From a virus (taxonomy: Duplodnaviria; Caudoviricetes): DNA of 30,210 nt. The notes below the pieces were generated by a model. That model saw nothing but the letters and a program-made list of their open reading frames with translations, searched no databases and had not been told where the DNA came from. The position numbers were made by a program, and so were the translations under genes. This document shows, piece by piece, positions 9,301 to 17,301 of this stretch (within the stretch, counting starts at the first letter, position 1; every line of letters starts with the position of its first letter). The DNA lies in the IMG/VR virus record IMGVR_UViG_3300042562_000685, positions 1-30,210 of that record; one strand, given 5' to 3'.

Positions 9301-12300
9301 AGCATGGCCCTCGCATTGGAAAGATTGTAAATGATTTTGCTGCGGTATTGCGTGAGGGGGATTCATTAACAACTGAGGGAGATCCTTATGGTTTTGAAAT
9401 TGTAACGGACGAGGTGAAAAATGGGGAACTTTACATTTCATGGATTGAGAATAAAACAGCGCCAAAACGGACTGTTGCGGATGTTTTGATAGGAATCTCG
9501 GATTTGTTTGACCTCAGACTTACGCCGCTAGGAGGTAGTCAAGAAAGTTACTACGAGTCACTCGGCTTTGTTAAAAAAGGCAAAGACATGGTTCTGGCGA
9601 GAACTTCAAAATCCGCCGGCCCAATAACCTACGACGAGTCCGGCCAAGTCATCCCTCTCAGCCAACGGTTTAACCAAGCATCGCCAGACATCAATTTCAG
9701 CATGGGTAGCGCACAGCCTTTTGACGAAGGGCAGACTTCGTTCTCTCTTGGCACTTATACAAAAGAGGCAGCAAACGACCTTGCTGACAGGTTGGGCATC
9801 TCATCCACAATAGGTCGCGAATATCTAAACCGAGTAATCCTGCCAATCATGGCAGATCTTATGGCTGGCGGCACTGGAGTTGGTGTGCCATGGGAAGGTG
9901 GGCCGATTCATCCGCTTCTGCACTACGGTACTGACGTAGCATGGCGATCTGCGCGTGGTGCCATTGCCGGCATTCTTGGATACCTAGACAAGCGTGGTGG
10001 AGTGTGGAAAGACACTGATGGTCATGAGTGGGCATTGGTTGCTGTATTCGCGATGAGTCAAGATGCTCACCAGAGTAACAACAATATGTTCATGTCATTC
10101 ATGCATGCGGTTGAGAACTCAAACCCAACAGACGCGCAGAAGCTTGCTCTTGCTAAAATGATGAGAGCAACAGGTCAGAATGCTCTCAATGAAGCTATTA
10201 AAAAATACAATGAAGAAACCTTGCCTAGTTGGGAAGAAAAGAAGGAAAAAGCAAAAGCCAAGTATTTAGAAAAAGCAGAAGATCGCAGCGCACTTGAGGC
10301 AGTCAGAAAAGAAAAAGCAGATCAAGCTGGGAAAAAGTATAAACCACTCAGACCTCTTGATAAATACGAAGAACCAAAAAAGCCAGAAGAACCAACCGAG
10401 AATCGTCTGATGAATTTCCCAGAGCAATGGACTGCTCAGGAGATGGAAGACTATGTCAAGACGCTGATTTATCCAGAACGCGCAGACGTTATGAATCGGC
10501 TGAAGAAGCAAGATGGAGTTGCTCTTGGTTTGCCTGATGTTGAAACTGCGATCAGACAGGGTCGCGATGATTCATATGACATGATCACTGGAGGCAGTAT
10601 GCTTAATGTGATCAAGGTTGATGTTACTCGGCTACGCACTGGCCTGCGTGACAACACGTTGAATGCATCAGACTTTGGAGTGCCTGAGCACTTATCATAT
10701 GACACAGTTCTCCCAGGTGAAATCGTAACGCACCTGCGTCAACCAGTGCCAATGAATGTAGCTTTCCCTGATATGGTCAGGGAGATGAAGGAGGCTTCAC
10801 CAAAAAGCAGTCCAACCTATCTCATGCAAGCAAAGCTTCCAGAGAGTGTGAAGTTGCAGAAATTGACTCCAAAAGTCTTCAATGCGATTAACGATGTGCA
10901 GAAACTTAGCATTCCTCGAAATCGTGCATTGATGATGATTTCTGCTTTAAATGATCAATGGGAAGTAGCTCAAAAGGCTAAGGCAAAAAACATTGCAGAC
11001 TATATACGTGCAGTAAATAATTCTGTGGCGACATCCAATTTGGTGTCAATGACAGAGTCTGAAATTAATGCGGCGCTCAAAAGTAAAACTTTAAAAATTT
11101 ACAGATTGCCCAAGTTTGCCATTTTCTTTGCGATCAAAAAGAACGCAGACGGAACAATGGAAATGTTCAACGCAATCTCAAACGAACTTGCATTGAAAGG
11201 CGCAATGAATGTGATGATGCATAAGGCATTATCAGAAGGCGCAAACATTACCAAAATAACCAACGTCATTACTGATAAAAAGCCTTCTGGAGTTCTTGCT
11301 TCCCTGTTTGCTAATCACGGTTGGAAAATTGAATCTGAGTCAGAAATTTCTTCTGCGGCTAACGAGAACCAAGAGGCGGATTGGACTTCAATGGGTTGGG
11401 ATAAAGCTAGACATCCAAAGCCAACGGAGTTAGTAATGAAGTATGAAGGACTCAACACAAATCAAATTTCCGCCTCTCCCGAAAGACTTGAAGGAGAGGA
11501 TGCGGGAAGCATGGCCAGAGGAGAGATTAGCAATGCTAGGGCAAAATCAGGAAAACCTGCTGGCGGCAATGCTCAATACGAGTCAGGCGGAACTGACGGT
11601 GCCGGTGCTTCAGGGAATGTTGGAGGATATCGAGGATCAATTCCCAGAGGCGGTGATTCCATTGTTGCCGAGCTTGCAGCCGCTAATGCAGCACGGTTAG
11701 CGGCTTTAGGTCTTACCGCCAAAGAGCGTGATGCGATACTTGCAAAAATTGAGGCTAACCGTCTACAGGAAGGCCAAACCTTCTCCATCTCACCTGTCTT
11801 AGAAGAAGAGCGCATCACGCCAGAAAACAAGGTCGCGCCATCCATCAATGGGAAACCTGCTGCTGACATCTTTGCCGAAGTCAAAAAGAACCACGGAGTA
11901 ACTCGCTCAATCTATGAGGCAGGATACGTCCTGCCAGATGGGACGATGCTGGACTTTTCTGGCAAGTCACAGGTTGGAGACTACCAACGTGGCGAAGATG
12001 GCGTATTCCGAATCAAGGCAGGTGTTCGCGACTGGATGAAGGATCAGCGCGGCATGGATCATCGAGAAATTGAGTGGCAAGACATGCCTGATTACAAAGA
12101 GAATTGGGAGCGAATGGTTGGGTTTCTACGTCTCGGCGCAGTCAGGATCGACGCAAACAGCGGTATGATTTCCATGCACAGCCGCGCAAAGATTACCTCG
12201 GCCCAAGCATCTGTTTTAAAATCAATCGTGACATCTGCTGATGGTGCGTACGTTGACCTTGAAGATGATGCAAATAATCGCTCATCCATGCAGTTGAACG

Positions 12301-15300
12301 GAAGCAAGTGGGGCAAGGTGAATGGACTGCTGACACAGTGGGCAAATGGTGAGACTCCAGAGTTTGAAGGCACAACCTTCTCAATGGAGAAGGCTAATCG
12401 CAAGAACTCCCTGCGTGTCCTGCTCACTAAAAAAGCACTCACTGATGCTGCTCTTGCTCAAGCCTCGTGGAAGGACTGGTATTCTGAGCACAAAGAGACT
12501 CTTGATGAATTCTTTGGCGACTCGGCTGAGTTGTTCCAGAAGATCTTGTCGGTCACGTCTCAAGCCTCAAGTGTGAAGGCAAATGTCGGACTGGCATTGA
12601 AAGCATTCGGGCAACTGATGCGCGGCGAAGAATTTGACGGGAAGCTGCGAGGTGAAGAGAAGAGCGGTTATCTGCCAGCGGTGATTTCAAATCTCAATGC
12701 GGTCAAAAATAACCTTGTTGCCAATGGTCGCAAGATTGCAAACTACACTGCTGCCAATGAAGGTGATTTGTCGAGAGTGGTCGTTGACCGGCACATCGCA
12801 AGATTGCTTTTCGGTGTGGACACTCCAAGCAAGTCTCAATATGATAAGGCTGAGAAGATACTCACAAAGATAGCCAATGAAATCGGATGGAGTCCATCGC
12901 AGGTTCAAGCCGCGCTCTGGGCTTATTCGATTGTGAAGTCAGGTGAAACGCCCGAAAGCTACGGTGCCTATTTAAAGAAACTGGAATCAAAACCGCTAAC
13001 AAGGAAAGAACTCAAAAATGGACTCACTGGAAACCAACTCACCAAACGAATTGGAAACATTACTCGCGGAGGTGATGGACTCGCTTCTGTTGGCACAGGA
13101 CGGGGAAGATATTCTTCGACTAGCCCAACTTTCTCAATCTCCCGATCAGACTTCACCGGACGAATAGAACAGTCACTGCGTCCGCTATTTGAGGGATCAC
13201 CTGATGCCAAGCTCAAGATTGGCATGATGGCGTTGAAGCGTGCTCAAGCGATCTCAGGTGAGGCACTCTACAATGTTGGTCGCCCAGGTGCTGCAAAGCG
13301 CAAACTCGCGGAGATGGAGGCAAGCCGAATTGCAAAGCTCGGCAAGGTCACCGACAAGACTCCTGACTGGGTCAAGAAGTCGCTCGAAAAAGAGACGACT
13401 CCAGAGCAGGCGAAGGCGGCGATGCTGAAGGATAAACTCAATGGGTGGATCCAGCTTCACGATGCAATTGTGTCATCGATGCCCACCGAGATTCGCGGCA
13501 CTATTGGCAGCATATCAACATTGGTGAAACTGTCTTCCGACGAGGCACGTCTCAAGTTTATCGAGGAGCGCATTCCGAAAATGGAAAAAGCGGTCGAGCG
13601 ATACCTGAAGAAGGAGTATGGCGAACGCATCGACAAGATGCTGGAATCTGCTGCTGTAAAAGGCAAGGCCGGCGAGATTCCGAAATCCAAGTTCATCGTC
13701 ACCGTGCAGGACGAACTGAACACGATCATCGACATGGCAAGCCTTTCGGCTGATGACACGGTCAAAGAGGCGGCACGCTATGAGGCTGAGATCATATCGG
13801 CACAGACTGCTGAAGATGCCGCTGATTCGTTCGCCAAGAGTCAACTGCTGGAAGTATTCGGTGACCTCTACGGCAAGCAGACGACTGCTGAAGAGATGGA
13901 CGTGGCACACGAGTATCTCAAAGATCTCATGACACAGGGTCGCAATGCTCGCAAGATCATCGACGAGGCTCGTGCTGCGGAGATTGCCAAAATGGTCGAG
14001 CAGGCCAAGGCTGATGCGTTTGCCGGCGCGGCCAATGCAGCGACAGTGCAGGCAGGTAAAGATAAAGGCAAAGGCACCACCAAGGGCATAATGAAGGGAC
14101 TCCTTCGTGAAGGCGGCTCACATCGATTTATGCTGTCTTCAATCTTTGGCAGGTCAAATAAGACTGCGGATGTATTTGATGAGCGCATGATCCTCGGTGT
14201 GAATGCGTTTGAAACAACACAAGCCGCACGAAAGAAAAGCCTGCGTGATTTCATGCGTGCTCTCTACGGCACCAAGTCGAAGATCAAGCTGGACAAAGAA
14301 CTGGAGAAACTCGAAACCAAAGTCGAGCGCAGTCGAGTCACATACCTGAGCGGAGAGATCAGAGAAAGCGACACCAAAACAGTTGAGGAGGTGGCGAAGA
14401 TCATCAAGTCTCCATCCACATTCGGTTACTCTGCGGAAGAGGCAAAACTGTGGGAAGATGAAATGGATGCATGGTCGAATCTGCCAAATGCACGCAAGCG
14501 CAACCTGACCATCGACAGGATCAAGACACTAGGCACTCGCATCGAGATTCCTTTGTCACAGATGGAAGCTGTATACATGGCAATGGCATTGCGCCAGCCA
14601 GGCATCCTCGACCAGCAGTCAGTGCATGGCTACGATCACGTTACCCAGACTGAGCTTGAGGCATTCATGAGCGACGATGCCAAAAACTGGCTGGCATGGT
14701 TTGGCGCGGAATACTCGGCGGAATATGACACTGCTAACGAGGTCTTCATGAAACTGTTTCACACGCGCATGCCGCAGATACAGTTTTACGCTCCGCTTTT
14801 GAAGAACCATCAGGGCAATCAAGCCAGCCTTGATCCGCTGAACTCTGGTGTTGTCTCGCAATCGGTAAACCCTGGCGCAGTCAAATCACGTCGAGGACGC
14901 ACATCGTCGCTGAGAATTGAAAGCGCATTGGCAGTCTATCAAGCGCACTTCGTGCAAATGGATTACTGGGTGCATATGGCTGAATACCTTCGCGATACTC
15001 AAGCCGTGATGCTGAATGCAGATGTGCAGAATGCGATCAAATCGGGTCATGGCGCAGAGGCAATGCAGACACTGTCATCGTGGATCCAGCTTGAAATGTC
15101 ACGAGGAGTTGGCAAAGGCGCACTCGTCATGCACTCGTCAAAACTGATGAGGAACCTGAAGTCAGGTGTGGCGATGAAAGCACTCGCATTCAATATCGGC
15201 ACATCGATCAAGACGCTTTCGAGTGTGTTCTATTCATTGGGTGAAATACCAATCACGAGATGGCCGGCGGCATTCACGCGAGGTGTTGAGCATTGGGGCA

Positions 15301-16226
15301 AGATGTGGGACACGAACATCATCCAAAACCGGCTTGAGCTTGGTGGAACTCCTGAGATCAGGCACATCTTGGCAAATGCTGGCAAATCAAAGAATTCAAT
15401 TCTTAGGCTTGTTGAGAACGCATTGGTGTATGGGTCTGTGCCGACCCAGTATGCTGATGCTGTGCTGACCTCATATTCGGCGGCAATGGTCTATGGCGAC
15501 CGGTTCGCTCAAGCTAAGGATGCCGGTGCCGGCGACGATGCTGCTCACAAATATGCGGCTCGTGAAATGGAGATCGCTGTGAGCCGAACCGCTCAACCGA
15601 ATGACTGGTCTGGCCGATCACTGATCGAGAATGATGTCAGCGGAGTCTTCAACCTGCTGTCTATGTTCTCGTCGGATCCTCGACAGAAACTCGGACTCGT
15701 TGGTGAGGCAGTGATGAAATGGAAGCGCGGAGGAGCGACCAACGAGGAAGCAATGAGGAAGGTTTTGGCATATTGGGTGATACCTGGGCTGATGTTCCAA
15801 GTCGCTAATGCTGTCACTCGGTCGTTATTCAAGGACGACGACAAAGAGTGGGAACTCGACAACTTCATTCGTGCTGCCATCGTTGGCCCGTTGCAGGGAT
15901 TGTTCCTGCTTGGTGCTGCTGCTGAGTTCTTTATCGCATCAGCAGTTGCTGCGGCGACCGAGAAACTCACCGGAGAAAAGCAGGATGCACCGCGAAACTG
16001 GAGATCTTCGATAAACCCAATGGTGGACATGTCTGATCAATTCCTTCAATCGATTAAGAAATTGCCAGAGAATATGGAAAATGAAGATTACCTCGGTGGT
16101 GCATGGCAAATCATGAAAGCTGGGGGCGCGATGGTCACTCCGTTCTCGCCGGCTGGATCCGCACCAGGTATTGCCGACCGAGTCTTCAAAGACACTTCGA
16201 CCCTATTCTACGGCAAAGAAGACTGA
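6309..16226 (+). CDS. Giant ejection protein (gp16 position) / large polyvalent protein, 3305 aa, carrying GNAT-like, HhH-glycosylase-like and unknown modules
   Basis: Uninterrupted 9.9 kb ORF; modules separated by T/N-F-S-hydrophobic linkers; EYLAAAKAGDLAKAQRMVDEAA and PITYDESGQVIPLSQRFN..DINFS motifs typical of phage polyvalent proteins; hydrophobic helices near both ends. Confidence 0.85.
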   Translation: MIDETKAKEFALGIEDPSVPDGEKFKMATALDEYFQAEDLKVDKSIKKAFTSPSIEGVKIDDNVMAGYGTSPEEIATIKKGAANVAWLARREQKPIDHFNLTLPVYQDTYAQQFFKSPKKTVTDDEFYQLVSEDYKAQDNAHNLAFSAAARDFTADSAINEFNVGLTGSPVAGRMKDYHQSIGDLHLEYTQRLAPYRTIIDQAAKTIQSLDQTPSNTFNKLTDSLVFGKEFEVQENANDAFSKIAESLLSLPPKERLLVINAIGEAGSADPKEKKAYLEKIAISMEREIEKGVTGTASLAESMLTSQAISLYQNIPEMQGIVDVAKNRRELQVLAGQVKMMAHSKINPIAGNNWWEETGIGVARMTPLLAATFISSPASIAIMTGQFRDEATIEAVNAGVSFENAEVVGAISAPFMATQEFISNALPLGKIKIPFIDKWLKAATTSVKSAAIRVATRTVIGTATEISEEVMQTATPLLTQDLLSEWQSAWSIESGISKADWDERMPKISDIAEQTFGPALIVSFLMAGRISIADVKNSRALITSPDYMVKSGIAPDLANQITVEGLKGNYTEVDKLFRKGFDKGNKATPEQIKEAKRKINIRESAALEWHNKARQDFGLGTPANIGNGKYQFTTPILKDGKGNIIDQGVSAQFDSLSEANEAWMRYLKNSRITIRKAEQEFLTSMVNTLEEKQGLDVALMMDYDMFTKQFTELFPSTTAQVEERIKLTGQIDGAVEDVSLDNATLESEANDNKNYRILGTNSIEQREGISVGVITLYKGGSLLDLIEESAEVGVKRLMSDPTSRTKLILQIRDVEAKMKERAMQMGQRHMPLIATGDDNQVSNMEIIEAFSHIAKSYYVQTAKAVERPTFTSDMPLNLYLGSLQSSIAGMELKDAIDLVGEKTLNILYRAAQLKAIHDANGLNQDFVAALEKSVGLNVSNRNADAVVDTAAGIAADAGVTMSMGRVSPEQDAEYLAAAKAGDLAKAQRMVDEAAILAKHGPRIGKIVNDFAAVLREGDSLTTEGDPYGFEIVTDEVKNGELYISWIENKTAPKRTVADVLIGISDLFDLRLTPLGGSQESYYESLGFVKKGKDMVLARTSKSAGPITYDESGQVIPLSQRFNQASPDINFSMGSAQPFDEGQTSFSLGTYTKEAANDLADRLGISSTIGREYLNRVILPIMADLMAGGTGVGVPWEGGPIHPLLHYGTDVAWRSARGAIAGILGYLDKRGGVWKDTDGHEWALVAVFAMSQDAHQSNNNMFMSFMHAVENSNPTDAQKLALAKMMRATGQNALNEAIKKYNEETLPSWEEKKEKAKAKYLEKAEDRSALEAVRKEKADQAGKKYKPLRPLDKYEEPKKPEEPTENRLMNFPEQWTAQEMEDYVKTLIYPERADVMNRLKKQDGVALGLPDVETAIRQGRDDSYDMITGGSMLNVIKVDVTRLRTGLRDNTLNASDFGVPEHLSYDTVLPGEIVTHLRQPVPMNVAFPDMVREMKEASPKSSPTYLMQAKLPESVKLQKLTPKVFNAINDVQKLSIPRNRALMMISALNDQWEVAQKAKAKNIADYIRAVNNSVATSNLVSMTESEINAALKSKTLKIYRLPKFAIFFAIKKNADGTMEMFNAISNELALKGAMNVMMHKALSEGANITKITNVITDKKPSGVLASLFANHGWKIESESEISSAANENQEADWTSMGWDKARHPKPTELVMKYEGLNTNQISASPERLEGEDAGSMARGEISNARAKSGKPAGGNAQYESGGTDGAGASGNVGGYRGSIPRGGDSIVAELAAANAARLAALGLTAKERDAILAKIEANRLQEGQTFSISPVLEEERITPENKVAPSINGKPAADIFAEVKKNHGVTRSIYEAGYVLPDGTMLDFSGKSQVGDYQRGEDGVFRIKAGVRDWMKDQRGMDHREIEWQDMPDYKENWERMVGFLRLGAVRIDANSGMISMHSRAKITSAQASVLKSIVTSADGAYVDLEDDANNRSSMQLNGSKWGKVNGLLTQWANGETPEFEGTTFSMEKANRKNSLRVLLTKKALTDAALAQASWKDWYSEHKETLDEFFGDSAELFQKILSVTSQASSVKANVGLALKAFGQLMRGEEFDGKLRGEEKSGYLPAVISNLNAVKNNLVANGRKIANYTAANEGDLSRVVVDRHIARLLFGVDTPSKSQYDKAEKILTKIANEIGWSPSQVQAALWAYSIVKSGETPESYGAYLKKLESKPLTRKELKNGLTGNQLTKRIGNITRGGDGLASVGTGRGRYSSTSPTFSISRSDFTGRIEQSLRPLFEGSPDAKLKIGMMALKRAQAISGEALYNVGRPGAAKRKLAEMEASRIAKLGKVTDKTPDWVKKSLEKETTPEQAKAAMLKDKLNGWIQLHDAIVSSMPTEIRGTIGSISTLVKLSSDEARLKFIEERIPKMEKAVERYLKKEYGERIDKMLESAAVKGKAGEIPKSKFIVTVQDELNTIIDMASLSADDTVKEAARYEAEIISAQTAEDAADSFAKSQLLEVFGDLYGKQTTAEEMDVAHEYLKDLMTQGRNARKIIDEARAAEIAKMVEQAKADAFAGAANAATVQAGKDKGKGTTKGIMKGLLREGGSHRFMLSSIFGRSNKTADVFDERMILGVNAFETTQAARKKSLRDFMRALYGTKSKIKLDKELEKLETKVERSRVTYLSGEIRESDTKTVEEVAKIIKSPSTFGYSAEEAKLWEDEMDAWSNLPNARKRNLTIDRIKTLGTRIEIPLSQMEAVYMAMALRQPGILDQQSVHGYDHVTQTELEAFMSDDAKNWLAWFGAEYSAEYDTANEVFMKLFHTRMPQIQFYAPLLKNHQGNQASLDPLNSGVVSQSVNPGAVKSRRGRTSSLRIESALAVYQAHFVQMDYWVHMAEYLRDTQAVMLNADVQNAIKSGHGAEAMQTLSSWIQLEMSRGVGKGALVMHSSKLMRNLKSGVAMKALAFNIGTSIKTLSSVFYSLGEIPITRWPAAFTRGVEHWGKMWDTNIIQNRLELGGTPEIRHILANAGKSKNSILRLVENALVYGSVPTQYADAVLTSYSAAMVYGDRFAQAKDAGAGDDAAHKYAAREMEIAVSRTAQPNDWSGRSLIENDVSGVFNLLSMFSSDPRQKLGLVGEAVMKWKRGGATNEEAMRKVLAYWVIPGLMFQVANAVTRSLFKDDDKEWELDNFIRAAIVGPLQGLFLLGAAAEFFIASAVAAATEKLTGEKQDAPRNWRSSINPMVDMSDQFLQSIKKLPENMENEDYLGGAWQIMKAGGAMVTPFSPAGSAPGIADRVFKDTSTLFYGKED
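11443..11700 (+). CDS. Candidate nested (+1 frame) 85-aa protein overprinted on a low-complexity linker of the giant protein
   Basis: Helical, protein-like sequence MKDSTQIKFPPLPKDLKERMREAWPEERLAML..., while the host frame is a G/S/A/R-rich linker; GGAG at 11426-11429; in-frame TAG TAA TGA just before the ATG. Confidence 0.45.
   Translation: MKDSTQIKFPPLPKDLKERMREAWPEERLAMLGQNQENLLAAMLNTSQAELTVPVLQGMLEDIEDQFPEAVIPLLPSLQPLMQHG
13018..13167 (+). CDS. Candidate nested (+1 frame) 49-aa acidic protein following the glycosylase-like module
   Basis: Manual translation MDSLETNSPNELETLLAEVMDSLLLAQDGEDILRLAQLSQSPDQTSPDE*; AAGGA and an A-rich run upstream; host frame is a G/R/T-rich linker; below the ORF-track size cutoff. 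Confidence 0.4.
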   Translation: MDSLETNSPNELETLLAEVMDSLLLAQDGEDILRLAQLSQSPDQTSPDE

Positions 16227-16275
16227 CGTTCTCAATAATGAGTTGCAAATTTGATAATTTAGATCACCATATCAC

Positions 16276-16536
16276 ATGAACCGAGATCACTCGTCCAAAG
16301 GCTACAAAGTAGTCAAGAACACAGCGGCAACTGCTGCCAACTTTTACGGCTTTTCGGTCGTCTCTGAGGCTACTATCACGACTGTTGTCGCACCAACTGC
16401 CGGCAATCCTGATGACACGGCTTACACCGGTGACACTACAGGTTTGGCTAGTGTCGTCTTGCCTGTCGGATATTATCCAATCCGTGGATCATCGATCACA
16501 TTGGGTGGTGGAATTATAATCCTGTGGACTGAATAA
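16276..16536 (+). CDS. Small beta-rich virion-associated hypothetical protein (86 aa)
   Basis: Clean ORF after a 49-bp gap; LPVGYYPIRGSSITLGGG C-terminus resembles small phage structural proteins. Confidence 0.75.
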   Translation: MNRDHSSKGYKVVKNTAATAANFYGFSVVSEATITTVVAPTAGNPDDTAYTGDTTGLASVVLPVGYYPIRGSSITLGGGIIILWTE

Positions 16537-16586
16537 CATGAGTGATCTTGGTTTAATTTTAGGCTTTTTAAAAGGAGGTATCTATC

Positions 16587-17297
16587 ATGGATATTAGCCT
16601 TGGCCTTGCATTAAGCCTTGAAGGTGGTGGAGCGTTAACTCCTCCAACCATTGCTCCAGTGTTGATGGTAACGACTGAACTTGGCAGTGATGTTGCTGCT
16701 CTTAGCTGGACTGCTAGTGACAAGACAACAAGCCCAGGATTCTATTATGATGTTGAGGTAGATATTGATGGTGGTGGGTATGGTTCGTTAACCACTACAA
16801 CAAGTCTCACATACAATGACACTCAAGGGACAGCAGGAGGTGAAATATATACCTATCGCATAACTCCACACAACGATGCAGGTGGAGGGATCAGTAGCAA
16901 TACTGTTGGTGTAGTTTTGCCGGGGGAGTCTGATGGGCCGATTCTACTCGGCCCCAATAACACGACAAATCCACAGTATGTATATAATGATTTCACGCTT
17001 ACTTGGTCTAGCATTGCTGGTGCGGCGACGTATGATCTCTACAAGTCAACTACTGACAGCAGTTACACCCTGTGGCAGGCAGATATCGCAGCGACGAGTT
17101 TGGTTATTCTGTATTCCTCAGCTTTTGGAGTGGGCAACTGGTGGTACGTCATCGCTCATGATGGTGCTGGACATTACTCGTCGCAAAGCAACCATCTGGA
17201 ATGCACACCGATCAGTGCTGGTGCAACATTGAGAAATCTTGAGGATGGCACAAGCAGAGAACTTGAAAACGGTACAACACGAACTTTAGAAGCATAA
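16587..17297 (+). CDS. Virion decoration/tail-associated protein with two fibronectin type III-like domains
   Basis: LSWTAS...YDVEV...YTYRITPHNDAG and LTWSSIAGAATYDLYKS...WYVIAHDGAG FN3 patterns; AAGGAGGT at 16572-16579; C-terminal LEDG..RELENG..RTLE repeat. Confidence 0.75.
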   Translation: MDISLGLALSLEGGGALTPPTIAPVLMVTTELGSDVAALSWTASDKTTSPGFYYDVEVDIDGGGYGSLTTTTSLTYNDTQGTAGGEIYTYRITPHNDAGGGISSNTVGVVLPGESDGPILLGPNNTTNPQYVYNDFTLTWSSIAGAATYDLYKSTTDSSYTLWQADIAATSLVILYSSAFGVGNWWYVIAHDGAGHYSSQSNHLECTPISAGATLRNLEDGTSRELENGTTRTLEA

Positions 17298-17301
17298 TTT
17301 C

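Noticed and set aside
12346-12576. Third nested +1-frame ORF in the giant gene
   Set aside because: Overlaps the conserved start of the glycosylase-like module and its translation is S/R/L-rich and not protein-like
16227-16275. Rho-independent terminator or late promoter after the giant gene
   Set aside because: Only a 4-bp CTCA/TGAG stem with no U-tract; TTGCAA lacks a convincing -10 at the right spacing
16565-16573. T TTA AAA slippery heptamer fusing the 16538 mini-ORF to the FN3 gene
   Set aside because: A -1 shift does not enter the 16587 frame (it would need +1), and the FN3 gene has its own strong SD
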